This document shows positions 61,441 through 64,000 of a stretch of 64,000 nucleotides of DNA, in pieces. Position 1 is the stretch's first letter. Each line of letters begins with the position of its first letter. Made by a program: the position numbers and the translations under genes. Origin of the DNA: Epiperipatus broadwayi (Eukaryota > Animalia > Onychophora); the NCBI GenBank assembly GCA_028023455.1, contig JAQFVV010000005.1, positions 23,002,001-23,066,000 of the forward strand, given 5' to 3'. The notes under the pieces are model-generated. The model had not been told where the DNA came from. It did no database searches and saw nothing but the letters and a program-made list of their open reading frames with translations.

Positions 61441-64000
61441 TCCTACACACATTTCAGAAATGTGAATAAACACAGTATAGAAGGGAAAAGGGTGTAATTA
61501 AATTCCTGATTGTATGGGCTTGTATTTAGTAAGAATAGATACATTAAACTTTAATTAAATTTAAAATTTGTATCTGGGTTAAACATGATATGGTAATGTC
61601 TAGTTTAATAAATCACTTGGGATAATCAAATTTTTTTTAGTGTGTGACTGCTAAAAGTTGAACAGTTGTAAAGTGAATTAGAGCGATATATATAGAGGAA
61701 GATTGCATATGATATATAATGTGTATGCTGAAGGAGGAGAGGGTCACTAATTTATCAAGCATTCAAGAAAAAATGTGATCACACCTACAATTGAGATTCT
61801 AAAGGAATTTTACTGTCTCAACAACTAGTCTCTCTAAAAAAACAAAAAAACACACACACACAAACATTTGCATGATTTTAAACCTAGTTCACAAAGATAA
61901 ATAACAAACTTTGAAAATTAATAAAATAAGCCGAAAAATATTTTAAATAACTATTCACTAAAGGGGGGGGGTGTTTTTTCAGGTGTGGTTTAAAACGCAT
62001 TATATAAAATGCAAACTACCCATTAAAGGAAAAATTTTGTTAATCCTAATTGCCTAACCTTATGCCTTTAATGCAGACACCATCCATCGAAGGATTTAAA
62101 CGTCAAGTTTGAATTCTGTCCATTATTACAATATAACCAAAAAATTAAAGATTATAAGGCAATGATATTAAATAAATAAAACTTAATAAGTAATTGTAAA
62201 ATATATGATCAAACTTTAATATTGAATGTAATTTATTTGTAACAAAAATATACACAATTCGGAATTAAGTACTTCCCGAAAGAAGTAAATATATATATAT
62301 ATTGGCTTTTGATCAAAATAGTATTTATTTATTTTTCAAAAACAAAAGTTCCCTTTTGATTAAATTATAAATAGGATATTAATTATTGCCTTAACAATTG
62401 ATTATAAGACAATGAATCATAGAATATCACCTTTTTCATATTTTGGGTCTATCAAATATTTAATGACTTTCAAATGTATTTCTTTGTGAAACTAAATATT
62501 GTGGGTGTATGCACATGTGTGTGTGTGTGTGTTTGGATGTAACAATAATAGTGAGTTAAAATAGGATAGATATGTGAAGCATTGAAATAAGATTGTATCT
62601 CAGATGACATGAATACATGTCTTAAGCAGTAGACTGAACAGAGTATAAAAAAATTCCTATGAAAATCTCATTCTGAGTAGTTATTACTTTAAATGCCAAG
62701 GGAATGCATAAAATATACATTATTTCAGATGCTGCTAAAAGAAATCATCAATTAATATCCATATTCAAAATACTATTAAAGATGAGTAATAGCTTAACAA
62801 TTTTTGATTTGACATGCTCTAATAAATAAGCATATCAATGTACTGAGGAAGTACTAGTCTTTGCAAGTCATAAAGCAAGCACCTATGTCTTAGAAATGTG
62901 AACACACATTACAAGAACTGTTTCCGTAAAAAGGGCATATCACATCTATAAATCTATAACTTTTATGAAAATGGCAAGCAAATCCAAATTCTTAATGGCA
63001 AATATCAACATAATCCACATTGGAAAGATTCAGTTTTCATAAATTTCTAAAATTTCACAACTAATTTTCACTAGTAATAATGTTTGTAAAATATTCATTT
63101 AACCAAGAAATTTGAGTAAATTACATTATGGATTGAGATTTTGTTTAAACACTTTTACATAAACCTCAAAGAAATTCCTTTTTATTACTGTTTGGTTTTT
63201 CAACTGCAAAATTAAATGATTAGTTGTATCTTAATAAAGTAATAATAATCAAATATATATGTCTGACTATAACAATATTTTTTTCTCACCTATATTTTAA
63301 ATAATCCTTAAAACAAGCAAATAAATAAAATTATGACAGAGTTCACTAAACAATATTGAAATTGCATTGAATTTTTTTCAAATATACTTTAAATCAGTTG
63401 ACATCTTATTAGAATAATAATAACAATCACATAAAAATTACATAGCATTTTAGATATACAAAGTATCAACAATAACTTCTTTCTTCCTATTGGGACGTCA
63501 GATAAAAGTAATCAAAAATACATATGTCATGGTACTTGAATTGTATTAGACTTTTTCTTTCTTCTCCATTGCATAGCTAAATTATAAATAAATTCTTTCA
63601 GGTTTGTAAATGATTTGAAGAAATACATTTTTAATACAGTTTCCAAATAATAATCTTCTAAAAAATTGTGTAGCCAATAATCTTGGGTAGAGAATAGAAG
63701 ATTTTACAAATAAACAGAGAATTTCTGCAAGATAAATAATTCAGCACATATAACAATTTATTGATTAGTGAAAGCTCGTTAATTAATTTCACTAATTATG
63801 AAGATATATTTATTTAATGAAATAATGAATAATAAACAAAATTTCAACTATTGGTAACAGAACAAATGGTTTACATGTTAATCTTTTACAAACAAAATAT
63901 AGAATGATAAAAGTGAATTTGATAGGCAGATATGAGTATAGAATTTTGATAAACTACATTTCACCAAATTACAACAGATTGGTGCTCTTCTATTGATTTA

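Overview
AT-rich metazoan genomic DNA (probably arthropod, inferred from the gene and TE content), not prokaryotic. The only host coding sequence I can find is one 135-nt internal exon (25596-25730, +) of an SLC6 neurotransmitter/osmolyte transporter most like Drosophila inebriated. No neighbouring exon is recognisable, so the window is probably two very long introns filled with TE relics. These include RTE and other LINE fragments, two Mag-type Gypsy LTR elements, a Merlin (IS1595-like) transposon, a mariner fragment, a 953-bp foldback MITE, tRNA-derived SINEs and two Penelope-like (GIY-YIG) 3' ends. The most notable signal is a set of non-coding tandem-monomer elements (monomers about 378, 455 and 493 nt). 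Each carries one minimal type I hammerhead ribozyme with a palindromic stem III, and most copies are inserted as fold-back structures with 11-15 bp target-site duplications, the same signature as the Penelope fragments, i.e. retrozyme-like RNAs. A fourth family (337-nt monomer) has the same architecture but no recognisable hammerhead. Two candidate recursive splice sites (AG|GT) lie in the long introns. All calls are by eye; no searches or folding programs were run.
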